Source of the DNA: Pseudovirgaria hyperparasitica
Lineage: Eukaryota
Strand: one strand, 5' to 3'
Assembly: GCA_010093815.1 (NCBI GenBank)
Contig: ML996576.1
DNA length: 64,000 nt
Each line of letters starts with the position of its first letter. Position 1 is the first letter of the stretch. The position numbers and the translations under genes are program-made. Of the stretch, positions 1 through 13,210 are shown in pieces. The notes under the pieces are model-generated. The model worked only from the letters and a program-made list of their open reading frames with translations, was not told where the DNA came from and ran no database searches.

Positions 1-1422
1 TTAACTCGAAGCTTTCAACTCTATGCTATCAAGATTCAAAGGTCTCGCTTCACTTATGGCAAGTCCTGAGTTGCTAACTTTCCTTCTATAATTCAAGTAA
101 GCTTTATTCACTATGGTTTTGGTCGAGAGGTCTTCGGCGTTGTGGTATGAACACCTTCGAAATTTGACGTAGCAAGATTATGACAAGTCGTTTCAGCAGC
201 AGCCAGATACAGGCTCTTATTGCTTCATCCTATAATCGATGACCACATGCAAAAGGTAATAAAGCAGATGCTACATTTTGCTATGCAAATCTACTCGCAC
301 AAAGTGCACTTGATAAGTGCATAAATTTTTTCGATCAAGTTGACGTCAAGCAGTGTCTCTTCCCTGACGATATATCAGAATCGCCTAGACCATCGAGGAA
401 TCCTCGCAGGAGATTGAACCCTGCAACAGTGTGCATGAAGGTACCAGCAGAGAAGCTAATCGATCTGAATGCGACAAGTGATATCGAGTTATATGCCGAA
501 GTTGGAAGGATGCAAGGTATGCTCAGAACCAGAATTCTTGCACATGGATGTACCAACTCTAAAATTTGTAAGTACAATAGCAGAGGTAGAGTTCTTGAAG
601 AATTATTGTAGAACGAAAAGCTTCGGATAACCTATCTAAGCAGAAGCACAAAGCAGCGCTGCTAGAGCTTCTAGAGAGGCCACGTACTGCCTATTCCTTT
701 CAGTAACTCTGAAGATTGTCTGAATGTGTTGAAATAAAGTATGGGACAGTACAGTAGCTTGTTCGGAAGCACGACAGCATCTTGGTACTTGATCACTTAG
801 ACGTTTCTATGTGAGCCGGCATTCGCTCTGGAGGCTTGACCTTAAAAAGGTTCGTGGGTAGAGCGTTCCGACCTCTGGGTCTCACAACTGTTGCATTTAT
901 ATGGGCGAGCAGTCCCCGTCGAGCTTCATTTCGTTCTGTAAAGTGACACAATCGAACAGGTACGCACCAACAATCCCGCAAAGGTACTGACCGAAAACTC
1001 CGATCTTTGGATCATTCATTTGATATGAAAAGTGTAAGTTGGTGTGCACATCACTTGTTCCGATCATAATACTATGCTTTCCGACATCGCTTCGGCACCC
1101 TGATAAGGCTTTATTCATCCAGCTGATCATGTGGACACATCTGATTACAGAACTCTATAGCTGAGAGTCAGTCGCCCGACATTGGTTAGATCTTCATCTT
1201 GTTGGTGAGACCGATCGAATCCATCGTGCCACGGACAAAGAACAGAATCCTGATATATACTCGTCGTGAAACCCTTAGAGATAGCACCACGAATTCAGAA
1301 TGAGCTCGCAGCTCAGGAGTATAGAAATGGTACTTGCAAAATGGTGCATACGAAACAACGCGATTTGAGGAATTCTTTGGCATTTGCTTTGATCAGGTCT
1401 CGCCCTCTAAGCCATACTTAGT

Positions 1423-2124
1423 TCAAGTATCCTTGACAACAGTAATGAGCATCCCATCATAGCTTTTCTCGCCAACCGTCTGAAGTGCGACAGCATCAAC
1501 TCTAGGATCCCTCCCAACTTTCTCAATCACCTCACGCGATCCTGCAACACTGGGATCCTCAAAGGCTTCCGGATTTGCTAACCTTCCTCCTCGTATCACA
1601 TTGTCGACAATGATCTGCGCTCGCGGTCTGCACATCTTTACTGCCGTGTCGAAGTAGAACCAATTGTTCGGCTTGTCCGCGTCAATGAAGACGAAGTCGA
1701 ACTTTTCACGCTTTCCAGCGTTGACATTAGCGAGCAGTTCTGGCAAGACGTCTCTACCAGCGCCGACAATCACCTCCACACGATCTGCATAGCCGGCAGC
1801 TGCAATGTTCTCTCTCGCAACGGCGGCGTGGTGCTCATTGACCTCGACCGTGACCACTCGGATTTCTGGGCTTGTGGCTGCAAGGAAAATTGAGCTGTAG
1901 CCGCCCAGTGTTCCAACCTCGAGAACGTTTCTTGCACCAATGAGCTTACACTGGAGCTGGAGGAACTTGCCCTGCGCAGCGGAGACGGCGATATCAGGGA
2001 GCCGTTGTGCTCGAGTACGCTTAAGCGCTTCCTCGAGTGCGCCGTTGAGTTTCGCGTCGGCCAGGAGGTTGGCATTGACATATTCGTCGACTGCCGTCCA
2101 GCGTGGATCTTTTTCGTGAGCCAT
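1423..2124 (-). CDS. SAM-dependent O-methyltransferase (caffeoyl-CoA/COMT-like, Methyltransf_3 family)
   Basis: Motifs VLEVGTLGGYS, FDFVFIDADK and IIVDNV; start placed at MAHEKDPRW (ATG 2124); no introns. Confidence 0.9.
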   Translation of the reverse strand: MAHEKDPRWTAVDEYVNANLLADAKLNGALEEALKRTRAQRLPDIAVSAAQGKFLQLQCKLIGARNVLEVGTLGGYSSIFLAATSPEIRVVTVEVNEHHAAVARENIAAAGYADRVEVIVGAGRDVLPELLANVNAGKREKFDFVFIDADKPNNWFYFDTAVKMCRPRAQIIVDNVIRGGRLANPEAFEDPSVAGSREVIEKVGRDPRVDAVALQTVGEKSYDGMLITVVKDT

Positions 2125-3331
2125 TCTGATGATGCTGCAGGAGATTGGGAGGTTACAAGATGGGTTGTAGTGACGGTGAAGTGCGGTGACAAGACGGAAG
2201 CTTCGTTGACTAAACCGTCGAAAGCAGCTTCGCATTGGGGCCTTGGTCCAAATCCGCGACTTCAATGTCGTATTTATAATGGACACAGATAGTACTCCTC
2301 CTTGGCGGGAACAGGGTTCGGCAGATATGCTTGCGCGTAACTCGAAAACCAACCGTAAAAGGGTAATCTACAACATCATAGTCTGCCCCGGACTTCGGGG
2401 TTACAGTAATGCCATTTAATTTGAACGTTGTTGTGTTAAATGTGGAGAATCCTGCATATTTGAAGGTGAAGGCGCCGTCGTCCTTCTCGGTAATCTCTGT
2501 ACGAGTGAACTGACTTGATTTCTTGCAAACAATATGGAGATCAATGAGCCTCGGACTTGTGTCGATTCTCCGATGCTCGGGCCGCACTTAAGCCCATACA
2601 TAGTAGCTTATTTGGGTTAGCTTTGCACCTTTTCAAGCATTTAATCACCCAACAGTTCTAACTTTCTCGGACTGCTGACTACGTTTGCATGGAACACAGG
2701 AAATCGGCGTCTCGGGCATACCTTGTATGGCGCGTCTGATCTATACCCGGCGGTTGATCGCCAGAGTGCAGCAGAAGTCTCCTTCGCCAAAAAGGACGAT
2801 ATCAGGTAGTCTATGTGTGCGGAGTGCTGCTACCCTTGATATTCCTGTTGAGGCAGCGTATTCCATGGTAAACCTAGACTGTAAAGCTAAAATTCGAGGA
2901 TTAGACATTCTGCCTAGACTTAAGAAGCGTTAGTGAGCTGCATTCATCATTCTGGTCACTGAATGCAAGCAATGTGCTGCGCCACATATATGCGGCTGTG
3001 TATGTGGCTGATACAGATGACTGCTCCCTCGAGTCCACCCACGTCTATTTCCCAACCACAATCCCAGCCATCGTCCATTCATGCGCGCGCAACTCTATGA
3101 AGACCGTCGAGCATGGACACTTACGGTCCAGTTCAAGGTACAAGCCCGCATTTTGCCACAGAAAAGGCGCTTGCTTGTCACTGCAAACGATAAAGAGTAG
3201 ACGCTCATACTGTGAATGCAAACAGTTTGTGCTCGCCCATCACCGGAGCACTGTATGCTGGCACACTGCTGTAACTGCTGAAGCCTCGATTTATGCTAGC
3301 CTTATTTACCTTCATTATCTAGGTCACCGCT

Positions 3332-4918
3332 ATGCCGGTTATACATCATACCCCCGAAGCTCTACTGCCTCGTTCTGATTCGAAGAACCCTTCGACAACG
3401 TGTAAGGGCATAACCTCGAGCGGAAGACCATGTAGACGAGCATTAGCCGTGAAAACTAAGCGACCATCAGGTGTTCTCGCAGTAGTCTCCGTCGGTAATG
3501 ACCGAGATGCCGCAGCATTCTTTTGCTGGCAACATCAAGACCAAGCCGACCTGCTTACGGTACGGAACAACGATCTCGACATAGTTGAAGAAGAAACAAC
3601 AATAATACCTTTAAGAGAGCGGAGTAGTATAGATACATTGGTACAGAGACTTGGTGTGCTGGAATTCGAGAACAATGTGCCAGAGAAAGAAGCTCGAAGT
3701 ATACAGAAGCGTACACGGCAAGATCATTCAGAGCGATATAATGCGCCAACACAAGGCATTGCTCGGCCAAGGACATGGGAGAACGTTTCTGGACCCGTCA
3801 TGATCGCACGGCGGAGTGACTCGCGCTTTCAGAAACCACCGTACATGTCTAAGCCTGCCGCGAAGCCCAGGAAGATAGGGTTTTGGCAGTTCCTCTGCTG
3901 CGGCTCGACTGATACCGATCACGACGGGCTGAAACAAGTCAGGCGAAGAGAGGCAAAACAAAGGCAGCAAGAGTCCACTACCATTCGCCCATCATATCAA
4001 AAACCAATGGAAGCGTCAAGACCGCACAGCACAGAAATTGCTCCGAACCATCAAAGCGCTACTGTCAACCCAACTATCTCACGCATACCAGCACGAAAGA
4101 CCGTCAGCGATAGCTCGGTCAGCCCAGCAAATTCACTTGGTCAGCAAACCAATCCCATGAGATCACCCAAACAAAATATGAAATCTCCGATTCCTACGTC
4201 CCTTCCACCCGCGATCAGCATGTCTCTCCTACGATATCTCTCATCGCCACCCTCGTTGCATGACGAGCCGGGATACATCTATATGTTCTGGTTGACTCCC
4301 TCCACCACCTCACCACCACCACAACGCACCTCGTCCACACTCTTATCCGCCCGACCAGACATCCCACGCGGCCGTCGCGCAAGTGACGTGCTCTCAGAAT
4401 ACTCCAGCGCCCGTTCCAACAGTTTGGGGAAGATGTCCACAAAGCTTACAAAGCCAGCTACCATCTTGTTGAAGATAGGGCGGACGGACAACGTCTGGCG
4501 GCGCATGCGCGAGTGGGGGCAACAGTGCGGCACCGTACCGAATCTGCTCAGATACTATCCGTATGTTGCGAGTTCTCCCGCTGTGTCCCCGTCAGGATCA
4601 TCAGCAACGTCACCGGCAGCATCCCCTGGAGCACATCCCCGCCGTGCTTCTCTCCAGCCGACTCATCAACAGCGACCTGACCATAGACGCGCGCGCAGTT
4701 CTGGTAACGGCGTTCGCCACGTTCCACACGCAACGCGCGTCGAGCGGCTGATCCATCTCGAACTTGCCGACCAGCAAGTCGATATCGAGTGTGCGTGCGG
4801 CACGACGCATCGCGAATGGTTTGAGGTCGAAGCCACTCTGGAGGGTGTCAGGAGAGTAGATGAGGTTTGTAGGAGGTGGGTGGAATGGGACGAAAGTGGA
4901 AGAAATCTGGGTAGATGA
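3332..4918 (+). CDS. MUG113/T5orf172 (GIY-YIG-like) domain protein
   Basis: 528-aa ORF with N-terminal TCKGITSSGRPCRR...FCWQH and C-terminal GYIYMF, LLKIGRTDNVWRRMREW, RVERLIHLEL and CACGTTHREWFEV. Confidence 0.8.
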   Translation: MPVIHHTPEALLPRSDSKNPSTTCKGITSSGRPCRRALAVKTKRPSGVLAVVSVGNDRDAAAFFCWQHQDQADLLTVRNNDLDIVEEETTIIPLRERSSIDTLVQRLGVLEFENNVPEKEARSIQKRTRQDHSERYNAPTQGIARPRTWENVSGPVMIARRSDSRFQKPPYMSKPAAKPRKIGFWQFLCCGSTDTDHDGLKQVRRREAKQRQQESTTIRPSYQKPMEASRPHSTEIAPNHQSATVNPTISRIPARKTVSDSSVSPANSLGQQTNPMRSPKQNMKSPIPTSLPPAISMSLLRYLSSPPSLHDEPGYIYMFWLTPSTTSPPPQRTSSTLLSARPDIPRGRRASDVLSEYSSARSNSLGKMSTKLTKPATILLKIGRTDNVWRRMREWGQQCGTVPNLLRYYPYVASSPAVSPSGSSATSPAASPGAHPRRASLQPTHQQRPDHRRARSSGNGVRHVPHATRVERLIHLELADQQVDIECACGTTHREWFEVEATLEGVRRVDEVCRRWVEWDESGRNLGR

Positions 4919-5501
4919 TAGTAGCGATGATATGATGACAGAAGTATTCTACTTGGACAAACCGATGCGCGGCATTTCCGCACTCTTGTGTCCTGCATCC
5001 TTCAGCCCCCTTCTCGTCGCCATACAGAACTGCCATTACTCGCTCGCAAGGTTTTCAATGGACTGTCTTGGCATGGCCGGAAGTTTTGGGTCTGTTGGAT
5101 CGAACTCATGATACCTGTCCTCAGAATGGGATATCGCCGAGCCAGTGGACTGGAAATCCAAGAGCTGGGTAGACGAGTACCGGTATGTATTAGTCTTCTC
5201 GGCGATTTCTGACCCAACACGTGAAGTGCTGCTAGGCCGCAGGATATGAGCAGGAGCTGCCAGAACGCTCGTCCACCACTTTGTAAAGGCACAGTCGCAC
5301 CATCACCATGTCCTCACAGACTCATCTTAACTAGGCCACAGCTCCATCTTTGTGTGAAATCGTTAGGCAGCTCCGCTCTAGCACACGGCTTCATTGAGCA
5401 ACGCATATGTCACTCCAGCCATCGCGCGATCTCTTCCTTCATCATCATCATTATCATCCTCCTCCATCCGCACATGCCAGACCAGCCCTCGATCCCACAA
5501 A

Positions 5502-6017
5502 CTACGCACACCCAGTACACCCTCTCGCCCAAAACACATTCGCACCTTGCGGATCTTGATCCACAAGTATATTTCTGCACATCATCTCGTCAGCTCGACC
5601 GTCCCCAATGCAGTCCCATTCCTAACCCCTCTCAAACACTCCTCATCTCGCCCTGACTTCTCCCCGACAGTAACTAAACCCCCTCTCCCCCCCAAAATGC
5701 AGACAAGGACAAACTTACATATTCCGGTCAAAAAGGCTACATCCACCCGCACCAATCGCAAACGTCGCGCAGTTGGTATCCCTCGTACACTGCACCGCAC
5801 ATACCGCCGGATCACTGCTGCTGCTGCTACTGCTGTGCGTCGAGCTAGAACTCGTCCAGTATGGTTTTGTCAATGGGCGGAGAGTGCCGCGGACGGCGCA
5901 GATGGCGGATGGACAGGATGAGGGCGATGACGGTGATGGTAGTGCTGCGACGGTGGAGACGAGGGAGAGTGCGAGGAGGAGGAAGAGCGGTAGTATGGCG
6001 GAGACGTGGATCTGCAT
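5502..6017 (-). CDS. Small secreted Cys-rich protein (123 aa, 8 Cys; PAN/apple-like Cys spacing)
   Basis: Signal-peptide-like MQIHVSAILPLFLLLALSLVSTVAA; CAVQCTRDTNCATF...CSLF; intron 5575-5718 (GTAAGT...GCTGAC...CAG) joins exon 2 ending VFWARGCTGCA*. Confidence 0.65.
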
Positions 6018-6968
6018 CGCAAGTGTGGTGGTGGTGAGTGAGTGTAGAAGCGATATTACTGGGAGGTAATCAGGAGGAGGTGGCGAAATAGGTAGGATAG
6101 CGACGAAAGTGTCAGAAAGAACGTCAAGTAGAGCTATCATGCAGAAGAACACAAGTCTACAGACAGACCATAGATTGCGAAGAGGGAGACAGGTATTAAC
6201 CCGAGGGAACAAAGGGGGTAATATCAAAGACTCCCCGAGCATCTCCGTAATGGAAAGGGGTGAAAAAGGTTCTTGACACGAACCGGAGTCACACGAAGCA
6301 TGGGTATATATGTATCCCATCCATGGATATTCAAATTCATTATTACCCCAGAACACGCTGTTCGCAACCCCATGTGAATACCCACCCCACTACGTTACCT
6401 AGGGCGCGTCATTCCGTAAAAAGACAAGCCACAGGCCCAACGCATAATTACAGTCCGAACCTCACTGACTGCTCACAAAGTTTCACTTTGGAATGTGGCG
6501 CTAGGCTGGATAAGGTAGCTCGGTAGGGACATACGAAACGCGGTACGATCCGCTAGCGTTCGCTAGGCAAGCAATCGGACGCGACGCGGCCGAGATCCGG
6601 GGGGGGGTGTGGAGATATAGATAGATTGCATAGACGAGTTTGGGGGGCTACTCCGAAGCCTCATGACATGCATTAGGAGAGCTCGGAGTTTGGGGCAGGC
6701 GGACACACACATGTCATGGTAGTATCGGGCTCTGGGCATGCATCTTATCCATGGATTAACCTTGTCCGTTCAGACTCATGTAGGAACCAACAACAGCAGT
6801 GGAAATTTACAATATTTAGATTGTCAGCCTTGTGTAGAGCGCGCATCTGGTGAAGCTCGGGTCTAAATGGAGTCTCACTCAGCCTCGGATTGAATATAAG
6901 CATGAATCTTGCAGAAGTATGGACCCTCTCGATCGAATAAAGTTCCTCCATCCTACTCACAGCCTGCC

Positions 6969-9131
6969 CTAACACCCACACCCTTTCTTCGGATTCGCCG
7001 CCTTGCTTTCACCCACCCCCGCCATAGCCCCCGGAAACCTCTGCTTCTTCCCACTTGGCACACTGCAATAACTCGGCGGAACATCCAGAGCTGGATTCTT
7101 TGTGAAGAAGTTCCGTGGTCGCAATAACAACGTCATCGGCTCAGCAGGCATGACGGGGAAGTCCTCCGGTGAGGGGAAATGCGTGATGCCGAAGGTGTGC
7201 CAGAGCACAATGTCCTTGTTGGCGATAGGCGCAGACGGATTGGCAGAGATCCACGCCGGGATGCCTTGCGAAGGTTCGCCGCTGGTCTGTGGGACGTGAC
7301 GGCCGGCAGGGTGGATTTGGCTATCGTCGTCTGTGTCTGTCAGTACTGTTAGGTATAGGAGCAGGAGGAACATACATGGTGTGACATGGACAGCGTGGCG
7401 AGCGAAGCCGGCTCGCTTCCACACCAGGCCGCCCTCTTTCGGTAAGAGCTTTGGCACTTCTCTACTGACGAGTTTGTAGCTGACGGGCTTGTGACTGTAT
7501 GGATTGATCTTGTTCTCGTTGCACATCTCCCATGTACGGCTAGAATCGCCGTCGTAGTCGCTCTGACTCTGCTCTGCAGTCTCGAACTTTGTCTTTTTTG
7601 CGTAGAAGGCGTTACCGTATTTGTTCCCTGTTGAGCCTACTTCGCCTGCACCCTGAGCTGCGTCGACTTGGAAGACAGTATTGTTTGGACCGTCAATGTT
7701 GGGGTCTACACGGAGACAGAACAAGTGCTGATGGTTATGTGCGTTGACACCTGGATACACCTCTGTGCCCCAGCCGTTGGTGTCCTCACCAGGATTCATG
7801 GCATATGTATTCAAGATACCCGTGAGTTTGATCTCGAGCTGCACAGTTCCGTCCTGGTGGAAGATCCAATACACGCAATATTCATAGTTAGCTGCCGTGA
7901 AAATATGGCTGATGACTAGCTTGCGAGCCCGAGTTACTGTGACCGTATCATCGCGAAAATCAGTGTGCTTGAACAAGATTCCGGCGTCTTCCTCATGTAT
8001 GCAGATTGCGTTCTTGATAGTTGTCGGGGCTCCAGCGCGATTCACAAAAGCTGCATCCATGTAGTGAATTGCGCCCTTACAATCGCAGCCTAGCGAAAGA
8101 CTATTGGTCATGTAACCACCGCCGTACTCGCCTAAATCGAAAGCATGCTTGCGCTGATGAGGATGCTCGGGATTACCATATGGCACAACCATCTCAGCCA
8201 AGGAAAGTCGCCAGAAGATGGGTCGAACGTTGCCTTTGTCGTTGAAAGTGATGTTGTTCAACACGATGCCTTCCCTGTAGTTGAAGCCAATGTGAAGTGA
8301 CCAGTTCTGCCAGTTGACTATGCAACCATCCATGGTAAACGATACACCTTCTGGCTGAGTGATATGGATAGGCTTGATATCTGTGCGGTATCCACCATCT
8401 CTCTCAATTGCCTCGGCGTGGTAATTGTTTGGAGGGGCCTTGTTGATCGGCCTACGGACAGGGGGTACATCAATGTGAATAATCTCATGCGTGTCAGCAT
8501 TGAAAATGGGACAGAAATCGAGCGGAAAGCTGTATTGACTGTCGTCAATATCAGGGCGGTAGTACATAAGAGCTTGCTGCAGCCGGACTTCATTGCCAAA
8601 GCGCTCATCAAATCCGATTGTCCATGCTATATATCACAAATTAGCCATAATCACTCTTTAAAACACACGTGACTCACGATCACAGTACACCTTGTGCATT
8701 TCTTCCGGTCCAATGCCAATGAGTCCGCACTGCTCAATAACCTTCGGGTCTTTCCTCACGATGCTCTCGACAATCTGCAAATCCTCCATCGTGATTAATG
8801 GCTGCACACCCGGTGTGTACTGCCATGAGACGATCTTGCCCTCGTCTAGACTCACAAGACCATCGTAGACCTTGCTCCCCTTACCAATGGCTACCACCTC
8901 GGCGACTCTGTGCGGCCGCGTAGTATGCGCTGGGTCGGCAACCCAGGCTAGCATCTCAGCCTTACGCGGCTCCCACAGCGTGATAGCATTGAAAGCAACA
9001 TTGGAGTGCTCCCTTCGGACAATAGCTACGGCAGTTTCGATCTCGGATTCTGAGAGCGGATCGGAGGGATGCGGAAGCGGTGTGTTGCCGGTGACATGAG
9101 ATGCGACTTGCTTGAGGCGCTCGAGAACCAT
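6969..9131 (-). CDS. Copper amine oxidase (TPQ-dependent primary amine oxidase)
   Basis: TPQ consensus ANYEY, Cu ligands HNHQH and HFPSPEDFPVMP; introns 8627-8677 and 7331-7375; start MVLERLKQ. Confidence 0.95.
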
Positions 9132-9897
9132 TGTGCGTGTCTGAAGAGCGGTTGGAGGCTCGATAGAAAGTAAGCTACAAGTGGGGTATAGCAGAGTGCG
9201 AAGCTTCAATGTGATGAGTAGAAGCCATCTGGGCGCTGGTGAGGTTATATGATGGGTAAAAGAGGCATCGATAGCATGGGATGTCCACGTCCGATTGGAG
9301 ACAAAGAGTGCGGAGTCCTCGCAGAATCAATGCGATGTGTTTGCCTCTATTTTATGACAAAGGCGATATTGTCAGCCATTTCGGACGGGTTCTGTGTTTT
9401 GGTAGAACGCGGGGTGATATCATATGGATACGGCTGCCCCAGGTGGAGACCGGGTGTCATTTCCTAATCGGGTTGTCCTGAGCATGAGCATGACTAACCC
9501 TCGACCTCCTTCAAGTTCCATTATCACCAAATGAGATAGGTAAAAAGGCATGTTGATGAACAGATGCAATAACAAAAATCCCTTGAACAAACCCTAGACG
9601 TAATCAACAGGAGAGATGGGCGTGTCTCCATCTTCATGCTTGGAACGAGACTCATATCGGTTCATATCACCAAAGACATTTCCACCATGGGACGCCAATG
9701 AATGATTTCAATTGCATTGCAAATGAGGAATATCATTATTTTCCTAATAAGAGCGCCTTGACCCGTCCGATAGTAAGCCCATCACCTGGGTTTAGTAGAC
9801 TCGAGCGCCTGGTCTAATTCAAACCGTCCCTTTATCGCTGCGGTACCGTAGAAAGAGCAGCGATGCTAATATATTACAATACAAGAGTACCACAATT

Positions 9898-11454
9898 CTA
9901 TCCTTTGTACGAGAAATTACCGAACACGCCGGAGCCTCCGCCTGGTGTCATGCTTCCGAGGCCGTGCCCATGACCGGGACCTGGGGTTCCCGAGGCAAGA
10001 CCAGCGGCATTGGTCGTCGGGGTGCTCGGGGCACCATCTCTCTGCGTATTCGAAGAATTCGTGTGATACCCCATCTGGAAAGCATTAGCAAGAGCTGGAT
10101 TCCCGTTCGCTGAGTGGCCTTGTGCTGCCATCGCTGCCGCTTGCGCGGCTGCTGATGCAGGTGCTCCCACACCTGTCAAGCCCCACATCTGCCCGTTCAT
10201 CTCATGGGGTATCTGGCCGTCGAAGATCTTGTTCTTCATCTGGAAGAAGACCGTCCCCGTAAGCCATGCATCTGATCCGGCTGAGTGTTGTGTGCCGACC
10301 CGTTGGCATCCAAGTTCATCTGCAAGATCTTGAAGTCCTGATTTGGTGCCAAGATTGCTGAGTATCGTGACTGCGGAGGAGGATAACTGATTCCGGGCCA
10401 GAAGGTTACGAGCGTGGCGCCAGAGAAACTTGACATCAAGTATGCTTGGAAAGTATTTAGCCACTAGTTCACGGTAGTCCTCTTCGTCGGCAGGTAGTTG
10501 TTGAGACCACATGATCTTGACCAGGTACGCAAAGTCATATCCTGAGTGGAATGAGAGCCAATGTACATCCTCGTTGAGCACCAAGCCAGATGATATGAGC
10601 AGAGAACCAAATGCGAGAGGATCAATTCCTTGCTGCGAGTGCTTATCGAAGTCTGCACCTGACTTCTTCAGCATTGAGATCGATTCCTCATTGTACATGT
10701 CGTCCTCGAGGTTGAAGGAAAAGTTAAAAGACCAAGTGGTAGGGCACATGATCAAATTGTTGCCATAGCCCGGTCGACCAATAGTTCCCGCTTCCAATTG
10801 CACGGGTGGCACCTCTCCCTCGATGTTGAACAACGTCACACCTAGCTGTATTATCTTCAAAAGATCGACGTTGCATCTAACGGTCTGGTAATGATAGCTG
10901 GCCTTTGTCGGAAATTCTCCCATCGGTCTCGCGACAACACCAGGAAACTCCGTATCCTGGCCGAATTAGCAAATCTGTGGCTCCGTAAGACATATTAAAC
11001 TTGCCATGCTAATGTATGGGTACTTCTCGATCAAGTTTCTTAGCATCTCCATCTCTTGCGCAAGATTTGTCTTCCACACCTCTCGTATCCTAGTGCTAAG
11101 GGCCTTAGTACCTAGACCACCCATACCCGCTGCCTCATGAGCTTGTTGTTGCTGCAACGCAGCGCCGTGCGCAAATCCCGCTCTTGCCGTCTGGCTGTCC
11201 AGACCTGTACCCCCGCCACTACCACGAAAGCCCGCACTACTGCCAAATCCACCTCCTAAACCAAGATCATTGCTAGACGTGAAAGCATTCAGATTAGGGT
11301 TCGCGCCGCCGAAGCCTGGGTGGCCACCGAGGTTTTGTGACGGTATGTTCTGACCCGGGTGCGGGAGATGTGACGATTGGAGAGCATTTTGATTGAAATT
11401 GTTGTAAGGATTCGACATGTTCTGAGGCGCAAAGCGCCCCCCGGGGCGCGCCAT
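9898..11454 (-). CDS. POP2: CCR4-NOT deadenylase subunit Pop2/Caf1 (CNOT7/8)
   Basis: IREVWKTNL...YPYISM|DTEFPGVVARP, YQTVRCNVDLLKIIQLG, SFHSGYDF and HSAGSDA; one GC-AG intron 10957-11004. Confidence 0.95.
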
Positions 11455-11890
11455 AACGCCCGACTTATGAATAGTGAAGGAGTGTTGACGTCCGCCGTGT
11501 GCTTGAGTAGTTCATTCGCAGTAGCGAGAGGCTTGAGTATATGTAGGAGACGCGTCGCTGGGTAACGTTAAACCTGGCGTTTAGATCTGTGACTTCACTT
11601 AACACACTGAGGGCGGCGTGGAGTGATTGGACGGTGGAATTTGAGTATTGTTGTGTGTCGTTGAATGTATTGCGAATCTCAATGACAGGTAGCTACGAAG
11701 ATCCGGAGCAAGAGAGCACGCACGGGCCATCCACGAAATCGACCTCACCCCAGACCAACGATAACCTCATGCCCTCACAGCAACCTCTGTCCGGCTCGCA
11801 GAACGTTCAACACATCACAAACCTCTATTTGTACGACTATCACCTCGCAACATTACCAATTGCTGACCGGAGTAGCTCTGATCGCGCAGA

Positions 11891-12205
11891 ATGGCTCCTA
11901 AACCCAACCTCACGGGCTTCGACCCGCAAAAGCTCGCCGCATCATCCGGCATGCCAGCCAACGACCCATGGAAGCGATAGTTCGTCGACCCCTCAGTATA
12001 CCCTCCGTCGCACCCATACAACGTTCTGACAACTCGCAGTGAAGCGTGGAGATACACAGGACCCTTCAGCACACGCAATCGCTTCCGGCGCGCCTTCCCT
12101 GGTCTCGGCATAGCCACCGTTGCATTTGCCGGCTACCTTGTCTTCGAAGCCGTGTTTCTGAAGGAGGAGCACCACGGACATGACAAGAAGGATGATCACC
12201 ACTAG
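11891..12205 (+). CDS. NDUFB3: NADH:ubiquinone oxidoreductase B12 subunit (NDUFB3 family), 84 aa
   Basis: Spliced by hand (intron 11980-12039): MAPKPNLTGFDPQK...DPWKRYEAWRYTGPFSTRNRFRRAFPGLGIATVAFAGYLVFE...HH*; absent from the ORF track. Confidence 0.9.
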
Positions 12206-13210
12206 AATGTGCATTGTAACGTGGTCAGAACGGGGAATCTTTTGTTCAAGGCGTTTGGGAAGCCTGCGGTGTCCAACGCTGCGTGTGGTTGAACTGTACA
12301 TATATACCATGGCGGAGACATACAGCTACAAGGAAAAGCCTATGGGCAGGCGGTGACATGTTCGGGAGTGCGGGAATTGTACTCAACATCATCCTAGCTT
12401 ACCGTATCAAGAAAGTCGACCAACGAAGTGTCCTTTCGTAAAGCCTGCCCCTAGATCAGTTACCGCAGCTGATGAAACAGGAAGTGCACAAAGGTCTATA
12501 TTCCAGTCAACCTTTATTGATCTTAACGAAGTGAAAGAACGAAATATAGTCCTTCCCACCGGCTCAGATTCTATACAGACGTAATGTTATAAGTAAACAA
12601 TCCGTCCGACGACTTATCGGAGTCTGGCAATGGGAGTCGATAGGTGCAATAAAGTCTAGTCTTCAAGCGTTCGATCACTTCACCTTCTTTAGCTAGTCAC
12701 TCACACAAACAACTAGCATCAGCAACTGATACATGGACTATTTCCAGCCCATACAAAAGCATGAAGCGCTCATTTTCGCTCTATTAAGTACGCTTAGTCC
12801 TAAGATTCTAGTAATACGGACGTAACACACATCTCAAACGCCCGGTATCAAATTCCAAGAAACGCTTGCTTGCTTCAGTGCACGCCAGTCAACGCTGGTA
12901 ATTGTCCCGTCTCCTGCTTCCACACGTGTGGTACCTGCGTACCCTCATCAACCCCTTCATCTAGTGACATCAATGTAGCGCATATTTTCTTATCACAGAC
13001 ACATCATTCAGTACAGTTCAAGTTTCATATCTCTGATCATAACCATTGTCATTCAAATCGTCGCCCTTGTCGTCAAATCGCGGATCCTAGGGCAGCGCAA
13101 CATGCAGTAAAAATTTCAAATCCGCCATCCTCGTAAAGTGGTATCGTGTCGATGTGCTCGTGACGCAGAAAATATCAAATCCAGGAAGCAACTCATGGCG
13201 CAGCGCCACT

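Noticed and set aside
1..1400. Short ORFs at the window start
   Set aside because: No recognisable motifs or coherent exon structure
1423..2124. O-methyltransferase as a GliM-like member of the NRPS cluster
   Set aside because: It lies 18 kb from the cluster edge behind housekeeping genes and is the short CCoAOMT/COMT-like type
2210..2587. Protein-like minus-strand ORF (…GAFTFKYAGFSTFN…)
   Set aside because: No ATG, an in-frame TAA directly upstream and no consistent upstream exon; at most a gene relic
6969..6990. C-terminal GCGC of the amine oxidase as a prenylation signal
   Set aside because: CxC geranylgeranylation is Rab/REP-dependent, and nothing else supports it
11815..12310. Minus-strand ORFs of 100-105 aa
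   Set aside because: Antisense shadows of the NDUFB3 gene
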